Shown here: one piece after another, positions 21,100 to 29,593 of the stretch
Position numbering within the stretch: position 1 is the first letter of the stretch
Layout of the letters: every line of letters begins with the position of its first letter
NCBI GenBank assembly: GCA_963205185.1
Contig: CAUJHZ010000044.1
Coordinates: forward strand, 23,640 to 87,639
Reading direction: 5' to 3'
DNA length: 64,000 bases
Source of the DNA: Planctomycetota bacterium
GTDB taxonomy: Bacteria > Planctomycetota > Phycisphaerae > Phycisphaerales > UBA5793
Program-made: the position numbers and the translations under genes
The notes under the pieces: model-generated
The model's database searches: none
What the model saw: the letters and a program-made list of their open reading frames with translations, nothing else
What the model was told of the DNA's origin: nothing

Positions 21100-21380
21100 G
21101 TGTGGGGCTCGCCCCAGAGCGTGTCCACCCCGAACTTGTGCCGGTACCAGTTCGTCGTGATCCGGCGCAGTTCCGCCGCGAAGCCGATCGCCACGATGCG
21201 CTCGGCGGCGACCGTCGCCGTCACGCTTGATTCATCTGCATCGATCTGCACAATGGCCAGCCCCTGCCGCTCGGCCAGGGCCTGCGCCGTTGCGATTACC
21301 ATCGTGCGGATGTTCTCGTGCTGGAGCGGCGTGCCCTCGAGCGCTCGCAGCGTCACGCGGGTTGTCGGGGTGGTGCTCAT
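21096..21380 (-). CDS. Small hypothetical protein (94 aa)
   Basis: ATG 21380 (MSTTPTTRVTLRALEG..). It overlaps the GT9 start by 4 nt and lies 30 nt downstream of gmhB. I recognise no motif. Confidence 0.5.
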   Translation of the reverse strand: MSTTPTTRVTLRALEGTPLQHENIRTMVIATAQALAERQGLAIVQIDADESSVTATVAAERIVAIGFAAELRRITTNWYRHKFGVDTLWGEPHT

Positions 21381-21409
21381 TGCAGAGTGCGCAGCACGGC
21401 TTGAGATCA

Positions 21410-22633
21410 TCACCGGCGGAGATTGATCGCAATGAAGACGACCACGCCGAGTTGGGCCACGATGGTGGCGCCGATCCACGGCGTGGCGACGGCGGGTTCG
21501 AGATAGATGCCCAGCAGCACCGCGAGAATCACCAGCCCCAGCGAAGTGAGCGAGCCCAGCAGCAGCGGCGGAGTGAATTCGCGCTGGCTGTGCCGCCACG
21601 AGCGCACCTCGCCCAGAAGTTCGGTCAGCAGGCGCTCCGCGTGCTCCGGCGGCGCTTCACGATGTGGTTGCGGCCGTTCGATGCCCTGCACGCGCAGCGG
21701 GATGTGGCGGAACGGATCGCGCCGCGGCGCCGCGGGCGTCGGCGAATCGGGCGTTTCTGCATCTTCCTGCGCTGGCGCGACCGGCTCGTCGGTTTCGACC
21801 GCATCTGCCGCTTGCGTCGACTCCTCGATCTGCTCAACCTCGGCTTGCGTCGCAAATGCGTCCTCGACGGCATCCGATTCGATCTCGACCGCCACGGCGG
21901 TTTCGACGTCGACTGTGGCTTGCGGGCGCGCGGCAGGCGCCGGCGCTGCGATGATGCGCTCATCGGGCCCGTGGTCGGCAGCGATGGCAGCGCCGGCCCG
22001 GCCCGTCAGCGCCTCGGCGTGGCGCGCTTCGTGCGCGACCTTGGGGGATACGACCACCGTCGGCGCCGGTGGGATGATCTGCCGCGGGCGAACGCGGTTC
22101 TGCGCGATGATCGCCGCGGCCTCTGCGAGCGAACCGGCCTGGAAGTCGGCCTTGGTATTAACGCTCGTCTTGCGCGTGATGAGAATGGTCTGGCACCCGG
22201 CGGCCCGGCCGGCCTCGATGTCGCGCTCGCCGTCGCCGACCATCCAGCACTCTTTCAGGTCGAGATCAAGGCTGCGCGCCGCCTCGAGCAGCATGCCCGG
22301 CTGCGGCTTGCGCCACGGGTGTTCTTTCGAATACTCGGCAACCGTCCCCTCCGGGTGAAACGGGCAGTAGTAGAACCGATCAATAATCGCCCCAGCCGAG
22401 TCGTGCACCATCTGCGCGATGCGCTCATGCACCGCATCGACATCGCGCTCGGTGTAGCGCCCCCGCGCCACGCCGCCCTGGTTGCTCACGACGATGATGC
22501 GATAGCCCAGCTGCCGCAGTGAGCCGATGGCGTGAGCTGCGCCGCGGATGAGCCGCACCTCATCGGGGTTTCCGAGGTCGCCGTCGTTGAGAATGATCGT
22601 GTTATCACGATCGAGGAAGATCGCCCGTTTCAC
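21410..22633 (-). CDS. gmhB: D,D-heptose 1,7-bisphosphate phosphatase (HAD-IIIA) fused to an acidic low-complexity linker and a C-terminal membrane anchor
   Basis: N-terminus MKRAIFLDRDNTII..VVSNQGGVARG..YCPFHPEG..RKPQPGML..MVGDGERDIEAG. Residues ~190-340 are rich in Ala, Glu and Pro. The end has two hydrophobic helices (LLLGSLTSLGLVILAVLLGIYL; IGATIVAQLGVVVFIAINL). Confidence 0.8.
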   Translation of the reverse strand: MKRAIFLDRDNTIILNDGDLGNPDEVRLIRGAAHAIGSLRQLGYRIIVVSNQGGVARGRYTERDVDAVHERIAQMVHDSAGAIIDRFYYCPFHPEGTVAEYSKEHPWRKPQPGMLLEAARSLDLDLKECWMVGDGERDIEAGRAAGCQTILITRKTSVNTKADFQAGSLAEAAAIIAQNRVRPRQIIPPAPTVVVSPKVAHEARHAEALTGRAGAAIAADHGPDERIIAAPAPAARPQATVDVETAVAVEIESDAVEDAFATQAEVEQIEESTQAADAVETDEPVAPAQEDAETPDSPTPAAPRRDPFRHIPLRVQGIERPQPHREAPPEHAERLLTELLGEVRSWRHSQREFTPPLLLGSLTSLGLVILAVLLGIYLEPAVATPWIGATIVAQLGVVVFIAINLRR

Positions 22634-22675
22634 GCGGCAAGTGTAGGAGCCACAGCCACTCAGGCGAAAACCACT

Positions 22676-23662
22676 TCACCGACGCTCCACCCGGTTAATC
22701 GGATTCGGTGGGGTTTCACCCTTCAGCACGGCGATCACATTCCGCTGCGCCATCCGCGCCATCTCGGGCCGCGCGCTGCGCGAAGCGCTGCCCACGTGCG
22801 GCATCAGGCACGTATTGCCCAGCTCGCCAAGCCCCGGCGCCAGGCGCGGCTCATCCTCGTACACATCCAGCCCCGCACCCGCAATCTTCCCCGACGCCAG
22901 CGCCTCCACCAGGGCCCGCTCGTCTACTACAGCCCCTCGTGAGGTGTTGATCAGATACGCCGTCGGCTTCATCAGCCCCAGCTCGCGCCGCCCGATCAGA
23001 TGCCGCGTCTCGCGCGTCAGCGGCGTGTGCAGCGAGACGTAGTCCGCCTCGCGCAGCCCCGTCTCCAGCTCCACCCGCTGCGCGCCCAGCGGCGGCCGCT
23101 CAAACTCCTCGTGCGCCGACCTTGCCACATACAACACGCGCATGCCCCAGCCCAGCGAGCGCATCGCCGTGGCATAGCCGATGCGCCCCGCGCCGACGAT
23201 GAGCAGCGTGCGCCCCTCAAAGTCGCCGCCGATGAGGTGCCTCGGGTCGTAGCCGCGCCTCGTGCTGAACTCGCCGCTGCGCACTTCGCGCTCGCCCTCG
23301 TGCAGCCGCCGCGCCACGGCAAGCATGAGCGCCCAGGCCATGTCGGCGGTCGGGGCCGTCACGGCGTCGGGTGTGTTGGTGAGCCAGATGCCGCGCCGCG
23401 TCGCCTCGGGCACATCCATGTTGTCAAAGCCCACGGCGTAGTTCGCCACCACCTTCAGATTCGGCCCCGCCGCGTCAAACAGTTCCGCGTTCACCGCTTC
23501 GTTGAACTGGCACAGCAGTCCATCCGCGCCCGCGACGCGTTCCAGCAGCTCGCCGCGATCCGGCCCGATGCCCGGTGGCGCGACCCACAGGTCCGTGATG
23601 CCCGGCTCGCGCTCGAGCAACTCCACTCCACCAGCCAGCGTTCGCGTCACCACCACCTTCAC
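22676..23662 (-). CDS. Glyoxylate/hydroxypyruvate reductase-like D-2-hydroxyacid dehydrogenase
   Basis: ..[68 protein letters not shown] prefer the GTG 23662 start (VKVVVTRTLAGG), which is the typical N-terminus of this family. ATG 23725 is the alternative. Confidence 0.85.
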   Translation of the reverse strand: MKVVVTRTLAGGVELLEREPGITDLWVAPPGIGPDRGELLERVAGADGLLCQFNEAVNAELFDAAGPNLKVVANYAVGFDNMDVPEATRRGIWLTNTPDAVTAPTADMAWALMLAVARRLHEGEREVRSGEFSTRRGYDPRHLIGGDFEGRTLLIVGAGRIGYATAMRSLGWGMRVLYVARSAHEEFERPPLGAQRVELETGLREADYVSLHTPLTRETRHLIGRRELGLMKPTAYLINTSRGAVVDERALVEALASGKIAGAGLDVYEDEPRLAPGLGELGNTCLMPHVGSASRSARPEMARMAQRNVIAVLKGETPPNPINRVERR

Positions 23663-23985
23663 AATCCATCTCCCGGCGCCTCGCGGCGCCCTGTACCCGG
23701 CACGTCCGGGGTTCGATTTCATCATGTCCGCTACCGACGCCTCGATTGTGGCTCGCCGCCCGGTGATTTCAAGGCGAGAAGGTGCGGGAGATGCGCGCTG
23801 GTGCGCAGATTCTCACTCAACCACAGCGTGCTCGGCACGAGAAATCCACCCTGATCGAGTGTCGCTTTGGCGCTTTGTTCTCGACGATGCGGTCGTCTGC
23901 TGGTACGTTGGAGCAGCGTCTCGCAGTGCTGCCCTCCATTGCCGGCGCGGCCGCTGGTCGCAATCGTGCCGCAAGAAAGAAGGCC
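23628..23985 (+). repeat. 5' module of cassette locus 2 (promoter region plus conserved non-coding leader)
   Basis: 23628..23941 is an inverted copy of 19701..20015. 23792..23985 is a direct copy of 38955..39148, with about 10 differences by manual alignment. Confidence 0.85.
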
Positions 23986-24300
23986 ATGCCAGACAATCGT
24001 ACCGGTCCCGTTTTCCTGCCCAACGCGCTTGCCAGTGCTGGCTTCGCAACCGCTTGTCACAGCGCGCTCCAGTTCGACTCCGGAACGGTAGACGATCCTA
24101 GTCGACACCAGGTTGAGGGCTTGCGTGCAACGCAACTGCTTGATCCTGAGACCATGACGGAACGCGATTATCTGTTCACGCCGGTTTCCGACTGGTACCT
24201 CGACCAGTACGCCGCGCCGGCGCACAAGATCCCAAACTTCGTGGTGCATCCTAGCGCCTGTGATCCTGAGCACACGTGTCCGGAGTGTCCGCAGCAGTGA
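23986..24300 (+). CDS. Small Cys-rich protein (104 aa), cassette gene 1 (short form)
   Basis: The ATG is preceded by AGAAAGAAGG. Compared with the paralog 39149..39463, 11 codons differ only synonymously and 8 change the amino acid. It shares ALxSAGFxxAC..VSDxY..CPxCxQ with the C-terminus of the 871-aa protein 17005..19620. Confidence 0.6.
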   Translation: MPDNRTGPVFLPNALASAGFATACHSALQFDSGTVDDPSRHQVEGLRATQLLDPETMTERDYLFTPVSDWYLDQYAAPAHKIPNFVVHPSACDPEHTCPECPQQ

Positions 24301-24356
24301 TGTTGAGATCTCGGTGGGAGGGCCGCGCCCTCCCACCGTTCGACTGACGAGGTGAC

Positions 24357-25718
24357 ATGATGAACCCGACCCACCGAATCTTCGTTTTGGCAGTGGTCTT
24401 GTGTGGCGATTGTGCCTTCAGCGAGGACTTCAGTTATGCGGTCTTCAACCTACCGGGACTAAACCCAGATGAACTGCATGGCGCATCGTACGCGGTCAAC
24501 GAGAGAGGCTACGTTTGTGGTTCGAGTGTGTCTCTGATCGGCGCTGTTCATGGCGCGATTTGGGATCCCGCCGGTAACGTGGTTGATCTGGGTGCGATCG
24601 GAGGCAACAGCAGCGAGGCGCACGATCTAAATGACCTTGGCCAGGCAGTGGGCTGGACTGGGCGCGGCCCGGACGATGGCAGGGCGTTTCTGTGGCAAGA
24701 TGGGGAGATGGTTGACCTTGGAACACTTGGTGGCCAATTCAGCTCAGCCCGAGGAGTGAACAATTCTAAGCAGATTGTCGGGAAGTCGGGGACCAGCGGT
24801 GGATCAAGCAGTGCGTTCCTATGGGAGGATGGAGAGATGCGAGCTCTGCCAGGACTCGCTGAAGGACAGTCGACTCAGGCGTATGCCATCAATGATGCCA
24901 GCCGCGTCGTCGGGTACTCGTGGCCACCGCAATCCGGTCACATCGCCGTTTACTGGGAGAACGAACAAGTATTTGAATTGCCCCGATGGATTGGACCCAG
25001 CGATGCGTTCGCCGTAAATGATCTCGGCCATATCGTCGGACAAGCCGAATACTCGGCGTCCAAATATCACGCGGCCGCTTGGGTGGACGGTCAAATCCAC
25101 GACCTCCACCGCGCCAGCCTCGGGCGGGACAGTTCTGCCTGGGGTATCAACAATGTCGGCCAGGTCGTCGGGTGGCTCGGCGACGGCCGAACGCTGTTTG
25201 TCCGCCAGGCATTTCTATGGGAACAGCAGGGCGGCATGCGAACGCTCGACAGCATGGTGCCGCCTCGGTTGCGCAAGAACTGGTCTCTCACCGTGGCGCG
25301 CGACATCAACGAAGCGGGACAGATCGCCGCGTATGGCATTGAGGCCGGTCATCCCCTGATCCTCGTACCGTTCCTTGTGAGTCCGGTCCATCCGACGATG
25401 GAGATGGCGGCGCCTTCACCGGGTATCGCGGGTACGAACAATACCATCAGCATCACCGGCGCGACCCCCGGCGCGCGCGTCGTTTTTCTCTACTCCCGCC
25501 ACGGCGGCGGCACCCGCATCCCCGGCTGCGACCTCCAGCAGAACGCGCTGCAATTAGATCAGCCGACGGTGATCGGTACCGCCATCGCCGACTCCAACGG
25601 CGTTGCATCAATCACCCGCAACGTCCCGCTCATCGTCCGCGGCCAGACCATCCTCTTCCAAGCCCTCGACCAGAACGAGTGCGCGATCAGCCAGTTGGTG
25701 GTGCATGAGTTTGAGTGA
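24357..25718 (+). CDS. Secreted HAF-repeat protein with a type-A C-terminal domain (paralog 2)
   Basis: It has a signal peptide (MMNPTHRIFVLAVVLCGDCAFS) and repeats such as RAFLWQDGEMVDLGTLGG..GVNNSKQIVG. It ends ..TPGARVVFLYSRHGGGTRIPGCDLQQNALQLDQPTVIG..ECAISQLVVHEFE. Confidence 0.85.
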   Translation: MMNPTHRIFVLAVVLCGDCAFSEDFSYAVFNLPGLNPDELHGASYAVNERGYVCGSSVSLIGAVHGAIWDPAGNVVDLGAIGGNSSEAHDLNDLGQAVGWTGRGPDDGRAFLWQDGEMVDLGTLGGQFSSARGVNNSKQIVGKSGTSGGSSSAFLWEDGEMRALPGLAEGQSTQAYAINDASRVVGYSWPPQSGHIAVYWENEQVFELPRWIGPSDAFAVNDLGHIVGQAEYSASKYHAAAWVDGQIHDLHRASLGRDSSAWGINNVGQVVGWLGDGRTLFVRQAFLWEQQGGMRTLDSMVPPRLRKNWSLTVARDINEAGQIAAYGIEAGHPLILVPFLVSPVHPTMEMAAPSPGIAGTNNTISITGATPGARVVFLYSRHGGGTRIPGCDLQQNALQLDQPTVIGTAIADSNGVASITRNVPLIVRGQTILFQALDQNECAISQLVVHEFE

Positions 25719-25853
25719 AAGATGCAAGGGACCAGGCACTAGGCACTTGGCAATCGGGGAAGGCATCGAGGCAGCAAGGGCGAGCTCTCCTTTCTCCTTT
25801 CTCCTTTCTCTTCTCACTCTTCTCGGCGCTGCGCCGCCACCTCTCTCGGCGCT
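25719..25853 (+). repeat. 3' module of cassette locus 2: short AGGCAY heptamer array plus a pyrimidine-rich tail
   Basis: aagatgcaagggaccaggcactaggcacttggcaat..ggcatcgaggcagcaaggg.. then ctcctttctcctttctcctttctcttctcac and ctcggcgctgcgccgcc units. This copy has about 8 heptamers. Confidence 0.85.
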
Positions 25854-26486
25854 TCACCGTGGTGCGATCGCTTCGCGGCGCATCTGGTCGATGGCGGCGC
25901 GGGCCCGGGATTCGTCGTTGAGGCGCTGGGGGGCGTCGATGCGGATGATGCCGGCTTTGGCGCGGATGTCGATGCCGCTCGGATCGACGCCCACAAGCAC
26001 GGCCTCGTCGATCTCGACGCCGTTGAAGTGGCGGCTCATGGCCATGAGATCGGCGCGATGCTCCGTGTTCATCCAGCGGCACAGGGCCGGCTCGACTTGC
26101 GCGAGGGGATTGGGCTCCATGAGATCCTCACCGTCGAACACCTGGCCGCGCCACTTGGCTGCGTCGATGTTCATGCGGTAGAAGGCGATGTCGGTCGGCT
26201 TGCCGTGGTAGATGCGCCAGCGATCGGCCTCGTGGCTTTCGCTCTCGACGGCCTCGACGGTGGCGAGCAGTTCGAGCACATCGGGCACATCGGAGGGGAT
26301 GAAGAGGACGGTGGAGTCGGCGGTGAGGATGTCAGCGCTGCCGCAGATGATCGGCTCGCCGCGCGGACCGAGGACGTAGCGCACGCCCGAGTAGAAGCCG
26401 TCGCGGTCGAGCGTGGCGACGGTGTGGCGGCGGAGGAAGTCGCGCGCATCTGAGGCGGTGCAGGTTGGTTCTTCGCCGGCGGTCAT
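25854..26486 (-). CDS. DUF2470 / HugZ-like (pyridoxamine 5'-phosphate oxidase-related) protein
   Basis: The N-terminal half resembles the PNPOx-like split barrel (..ARDFLRRHTVATL..G..YVLG..GEPII). The C-terminal ..MNTEHRADLMAMSRHFNGVEIDEAVLVGVDPSGIDI.. resembles DUF2470. The call rests on motifs only. Confidence 0.65.
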   Translation of the reverse strand: MTAGEEPTCTASDARDFLRRHTVATLDRDGFYSGVRYVLGPRGEPIICGSADILTADSTVLFIPSDVPDVLELLATVEAVESESHEADRWRIYHGKPTDIAFYRMNIDAAKWRGQVFDGEDLMEPNPLAQVEPALCRWMNTEHRADLMAMSRHFNGVEIDEAVLVGVDPSGIDIRAKAGIIRIDAPQRLNDESRARAAIDQMRREAIAPR

Positions 26487-26604
26487 GATCGATTGTGGCT
26501 CGCCGGGCGGTCATATCAAGCCTGGCGCTGCGGGAGATGCCCGGGCGACCTGCTCGGGCTGCGCCGTCAGCGATGCAGCGCTATGCTCGTTCGAGGAGCG
26601 CGTA

Positions 26605-26853
26605 GTGACGACGGTGACGATTCTTTTGTTTGCTGCCGCCGCGGATGCCGTGGGCGTGTCGCGGCTGGAGATGGAAGTGCGCGCGGACTGTTCGGCGGGC
26701 GAACTGCTGGCGCTGCTGGGGGCGGCGCATCCGGCGGCGCGGCCGCTGCTGGAGCGCGTGGCGGTGGCGGTGAACGAGCGGTACGCGCCGCTGTCGGCGC
26801 GCCTCGCTGCGGGCGATACGGTGGCGATCATCCCGCCGGTGAGCGGCGGCTGA
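26605..26853 (+). CDS. moaD: MoaD/ThiS-family sulfur carrier protein
   Basis: 82 aa. It ends ..AAGDTVAIIPPVSGG, with the diglycine C-terminus. GTG 26605 is preceded by GAGGAG. The body ..ILLFAAAADAVGVSRLEMEV.. is MoaD-like. Confidence 0.75.
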   Translation: MTTVTILLFAAAADAVGVSRLEMEVRADCSAGELLALLGAAHPAARPLLERVAVAVNERYAPLSARLAAGDTVAIIPPVSGG

Positions 26854-26864
26854 GCGGCCGAGGC

Positions 26865-27248
26865 ATGGGCATGATGGCGGGACGCGGCGGGAAGATCACG
26901 ATGTATTACGATGGCCGGTGCGGCGTGTGCCGGGCCGGCGTGAAGCGGCTTGGGCGGCTGGACTGGCTCGGGGCGCTCGAGCCGGTTGATTACACGTCGC
27001 TGGCGCCGGCGGAGAGACCGGTAGAGGAATCGGTTTTCATGCGCGGCATGCCGCTGCGCACGCGCGACGGGCGGCTGCTCGTGGGTTTTCCGGCGATCCG
27101 GCATGCGTTTATTCACACGCCGATGGGCTGGCTGCTGGGCTGGCTGCTCTATGTGCCGGGGATCAGCCACCTTGGCCGGCTGGGGTACGATGCATTTGCG
27201 CGGCGGCGGCCGCGCGATGCGGCAGAGCCGGCGTGCCGGGTGGATTGA
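26865..27248 (+). CDS. Thiol-disulfide oxidoreductase, DCC family (DUF393)
   Basis: The YYDGRCGVCRAGV motif (DxxCxxC) lies near the N-terminus. I chose ATG 26865 inside ORF 26493..27248. Confidence 0.75.
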   Translation: MGMMAGRGGKITMYYDGRCGVCRAGVKRLGRLDWLGALEPVDYTSLAPAERPVEESVFMRGMPLRTRDGRLLVGFPAIRHAFIHTPMGWLLGWLLYVPGISHLGRLGYDAFARRRPRDAAEPACRVD

Positions 27249-27283
27249 TTCGATCGACTATTTGGATCGGGGCTTCGGCGCGA

Positions 27284-28891
27284 TCAATCGCGATCGCGGC
27301 ACTTCCATGCGATGGAGATGCCGGTCTCGGTGCGCTCGGGCGTGGGCTGGGAGACGCGCCAGCGGATCTCGGAGACGGCCGAAAGCAGTTCGCGCCAGCC
27401 GAAGAGTTCGGCCAAGAAGGCATGCTCGGCGCCGGCGCTGACGGCGGGCCACTGCGCGATGAGCGCGGCGACGCGGCCGCCGAAGATCACGCCGCGCGCC
27501 TGCGTCTGCGAAGCGGTGCGGCAAGGGGGATCGACGTCGCGCAGTTTGGAGGCGATGCGGCGCTGGCACTGTTCGTCGGTGGAAGCGACCCACCACGAGC
27601 GGTCTTTTCCATCTACGCTCGACCAGACGACGCGCTCGGGCCACGCGCCGCTGAGGCCGAGTGTGTTCATGGGCAGACCGGCGCCGCGCCACTCAGCGGT
27701 GCGCAGATCTTCGGGATCGGTGCCCGTGAACGAGACGGCGGGAGGCTGCTCGTCTTTGTCTTTTCCATCGCGACGGAACCTGGAGAGACGGGCCGTGGCG
27801 TGGCCCATGAACTCGTCGAGTTCGCCGACGGCCTGGGCGGGCTGGCGCATCTCGATGCCGACGGTCATGGCGGGTACGCCGGTGGCGCCGGCCGCGGTGG
27901 CGTCGGGTGAATCGATGACGGTGAACATGGTCGGGCCGAGGTGCTCGAGCATCTCGGGCTGGGCGAGCGCGATGGGCACGAGCGCGATCAGCGCCGGGCC
28001 GGCGCGGCGATCGCAAGGCGGATCGCCGGGCTCGGGTGTGCGCTCGATGCTGACGTAGAGCGCGTGTTCGGCGAGCGTGCCGAGCAGGCCGAGGTTGATG
28101 GCGTCGTCGGGCTGGCGGTCGATGTCGCGCGGCTCGTGGACGGAGGCGAAGTTGAGATACATGCGGTCGCGGCGCATCTTGGCGGCGCCCGCTTTCCACT
28201 GGCCTTCGCCTGAGCCGCGCACGAACATACCAAAGTCGCCCGGGCCGACGGCGCGGGCGTCGCGGAATTCATCGTCGTCGGCGAGCGACGGTCCGGCGGG
28301 CATGCCGAGCATGGCCTTGAGCAGGGCTTCGCCGTCGGAGGCGGTGAGGTAGAACCGGCCGTCGCTGTAGGCGAAGCGCAGGGCGCCGTTTTCCGCGGCG
28401 TAGAGCGGCGTGTCGTTGACGAATTCGCGCACGCGACCGCCGAGCATCTTGAGCAGATCGCGCGCGAAGGGTTCGTCGACGTGCGCCATCATGACCCATC
28501 GGCTGAAGTCGGGCCCTTTGCCGCGACCCGCGTGCGCCTCGGGCTGCTGATCGGTCACGAGCGTGACGCGCTTGCTGACGAGCATGTCGAAGAGTTGGTC
28601 GGGCTGCACGCCGGTGGCGGCGGCGAGGTCTTTCCACGACCTGCCGCTCTGGCCGCTTTCATAGAACGCCTTGAGGCCCGGTGCGAGCGAAGAGTTCATG
28701 AGTTCGGCGAGGCTCTCGCCGGCGTCGACAAAGCAGTAGTACTGGGTGATGGTGGCGGGCAGGTAGCGGGCGTCTTCAAAGGGGTCTGGGAATGCCTCGC
28801 CGCCGCGCACCGGAACGGGCAGCCACGCGGCGATCAATAGCACCGCCGCCAGAGCGAGCGCGCGAGACCGGATTGGGCGCACAGCGGGCAC
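27284..28891 (-). CDS. Secreted hypothetical protein (535 aa), third gene of the second ECF triad
   Basis: Signal peptide MPAVRPIRSRALALAAVLLIAAWLPVPVRG. The composition is protein-like and I recognise no motif. It starts 4 nt after the anti-sigma-like gene. Confidence 0.65.
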   Translation of the reverse strand: MPAVRPIRSRALALAAVLLIAAWLPVPVRGGEAFPDPFEDARYLPATITQYYCFVDAGESLAELMNSSLAPGLKAFYESGQSGRSWKDLAAATGVQPDQLFDMLVSKRVTLVTDQQPEAHAGRGKGPDFSRWVMMAHVDEPFARDLLKMLGGRVREFVNDTPLYAAENGALRFAYSDGRFYLTASDGEALLKAMLGMPAGPSLADDDEFRDARAVGPGDFGMFVRGSGEGQWKAGAAKMRRDRMYLNFASVHEPRDIDRQPDDAINLGLLGTLAEHALYVSIERTPEPGDPPCDRRAGPALIALVPIALAQPEMLEHLGPTMFTVIDSPDATAAGATGVPAMTVGIEMRQPAQAVGELDEFMGHATARLSRFRRDGKDKDEQPPAVSFTGTDPEDLRTAEWRGAGLPMNTLGLSGAWPERVVWSSVDGKDRSWWVASTDEQCQRRIASKLRDVDPPCRTASQTQARGVIFGGRVAALIAQWPAVSAGAEHAFLAELFGWRELLSAVSEIRWRVSQPTPERTETGISIAWKCRDRD

Positions 28892-28894
28892 GAC

Positions 28895-29593
28895 TCAGAC
28901 TATCCCCAGATCCTTGTAGATCGCCTTGAGGGTTTCGATGTCGATCTCTTCGTCGATCAGCCCGTCATCGGTGATGGCAGGCGAGGGCTCGATTCCGGCT
29001 CGCCTGACTGCGGGCCGGCGCGGCTGCGGCGGTTGGCGCAAGGGGGCATCCTGCCGAGCAGACTCGGGCTGGCTGACCTGCACCGGGGCCGGCTGGCTTT
29101 CGGCGAGCGTGGAGCCCACCTCGAGCATGACGCCGCGCACGCGATCGAATGGGTCGAGTTGAATCGGCAGCGATTCGATGACGCGCTCGAACTGGCGGGC
29201 GGTTTCGACGCGCTCGGCGGCGGCGGGGCGGAACCCGGTGGAGCGGGCCCACATGCCGATAACGAACGCAAACATCAGCACTGCCGCGCTGGCAAGCCGG
29301 CGGGTGAAGATGGTAAAGCGGTGGCGGCGGCGGTCGAAGTGGTTTGGATCGACACCGAGGCGGTCGAGGATGCGCATCGTCTGATCGGGCGCGGGCGCTG
29401 CGGCGCGGACCTCGTCGATCCACTCCCGGTCGCGCGCGAGATCGTCAAGCACCGAAGCATCGCGCAGGACTTCATCGAGCATGGAGCGTGCAGGCTTGCC
29501 CGAACCGCGCGCATCGAAGTAGGCGTCGATGCGCTGCGACTCTGTATCGCGTCGATCGGCATCGCGAGGATGGAGATGATCGTCAGCGCTCAT
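28895..29593 (-). CDS. Putative anti-sigma factor (single-pass membrane protein)
   Basis: There is a 4-nt overlap with the upstream ECF sigma gene. It has one TM helix (LASAAVLMFAFVIGMW). The call rests on position and architecture. Confidence 0.55.
   Translation of the reverse strand: MSADDHLHPRDADRRDTESQRIDAYFDARGSGKPARSMLDEVLRDASVLDDLARDREWIDEVRAAAPAPDQTMRILDRLGVDPNHFDRRRHRFTIFTRRLASAAVLMFAFVIGMWARSTGFRPAAAERVETARQFERVIESLPIQLDPFDRVRGVMLEVGSTLAESQPAPVQVSQPESARQDAPLRQPPQPRRPAVRRAGIEPSPAITDDGLIDEEIDIETLKAIYKDLGIV

Noticed and set aside
23782-23985. The leader translated as the N-terminus of gene 1 (MREMRAGAQILTQPQR...), and the 413-aa ORF 38222..39463 taken as one gene
   Set aside because: Substitutions between copies show no third-position bias and all change the amino acid. 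The same leader is fused to unrelated downstream sequence in locus 1. A Shine-Dalgarno-like tract precedes the internal ATG.
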